DNA from: the human T2T-CHM13v2.0 reference genome, Homo sapiens
NCBI RefSeq assembly: GCF_009914755.1
Contig: NC_060937.1
Direction: 5' to 3' (one strand)
Length of the DNA: 64,000 nt
The notes beneath the pieces are model-generated. The model made no database searches. It had not been told where the DNA came from and saw only the letters and a program-made list of their open reading frames with translations. A program made the position numbers and the translations under genes. Position 1 is the stretch's first letter. Every line of letters starts with the position of its first letter. Shown piece after piece: positions 59,160 through 64,000 of the stretch.

Positions 59160-59429
59160 CTTTGTCCGTTTCTCTACATAGCCTCCCTATGTGGCTAGCA
59201 TGGGCTTCTTTAAAACATGGCAGTTGTATGGCAATCATACTTTTTACATGGTGCTGGTTTTCCTCTAGAGTGAGTAGTCTAAGAGCCTGAGAAAAAAACT
59301 GCAAGGATTCTTATGACCTAGCCTGGCAAAACATATAGCATACTTTATGTCACATCCTATTGGTCACCAGCCTGCTTGTACCATCTGGTCCTTCTGCTTT
59401 TCAAGAGGCACTATAAAAAATTAAAAAGC

Positions 59430-63331
<3,902 letters not shown>

Positions 63332-63748
63332 ATAAAAAATAAATAAGCGGGTGCAGCACTGGGGAGAGGGAACCATTTACAGTGGTAGTAGAGAGCTTCT
63401 TAGGAAATCAAGCTAATGTAGTCAAACATCAAGTAAATCTGGGCCAATAGAAAAAATTTTCAGAAACCAGAGATCTGTGTGGTGTGGTTACATTTCTGTC
63501 AATCAAAAGGACAATACTACTTGCTTCAGAAGAATAGAGTTAAAAGGCTGATGGCTCAGTCTGGAAGATGCTTACCAAGTCCTGAAACTTAGAGAGCCAA
63601 TGGTTGCAGTCAAGAGTTACTTAAGGAAAAATGATATACACCACCTTTTGGGATTCTGTACCTGGGATACAAATAAGGTTTAATATTAAGGTGTACTCTC
63701 CTTGTAGCAAACACGAGGGTAATGAATTATGAACTCTTACTTCCATGC

Positions 63749-64000
63749 TGTGATGGTTAATATTAGGCATCAACTTGACTGGATTGAGGGATGCCTAGAT
63801 GGCTGATGAAGCATTGTTTCTGGGTGGGTCTGTGAGGGTGTTGCCAGAAGAGATGGATATGTGAGTCAGTGGACTAGGAGAGGAAGACCCACCCTCAGTG
63901 CAGGTGGGCACCATCCAATCAGCTGCCAGGGCAGCTAGAACAAAGCAGGTGGAAGAAGGGGGATAAGTAGCGTGGCTTTCTGAGTCAGATTTCTCTCTCT
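63749..64000 (+). mobile_element. MLT2 (B-type) ERVL LTR, runs off the window
   Basis: TGTGATGGTTAATATTAGG..TCAACTTGACTGGATTGAGGGATGCCTAGATGGCTG. Confidence 0.88.

Overview
Human (or very close hominid) genomic DNA. The minus strand carries the 5' half of SUCLA2 (succinyl-CoA ligase ADP-forming beta subunit, 13q14.2): coding exons 1-6 (c.1-802, all GT-AG, frames chain correctly), with a CpG-island promoter at about 39.2-39.9 kb. Exon 7 onward lies to the left of the window. The remaining ~24 kb is upstream intergenic DNA. Most of the window is transposon-derived: about 47 Alu pieces, several L1s, ERV/MaLR LTRs and DNA-transposon relics. Apart from the SUCLA2 exon fragments, the ORF track is repeat-derived or chance. 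I found no convincing new multi-gene system. The most notable points are: (1) two independent solo HERV-H LTR7 elements pointing at the SUCLA2 start, one with a 38-bp triplication across its junction; (2) two tight tail-to-tail inverted Alu pairs; (3) an L1 with an apparent 46-bp target-site duplication (TSD); (4) a ~250-bp local duplication with filled and empty THE1 sites and parallel Alu insertions; (5) a 3'UTR-only retrocopy, probably of EIF4H; (6) a twin-primed L1; (7) the Thr199 allele of SUCLA2. Repeat subfamily names come from remembered consensus sequences and need confirming with RepeatMasker/Dfam.
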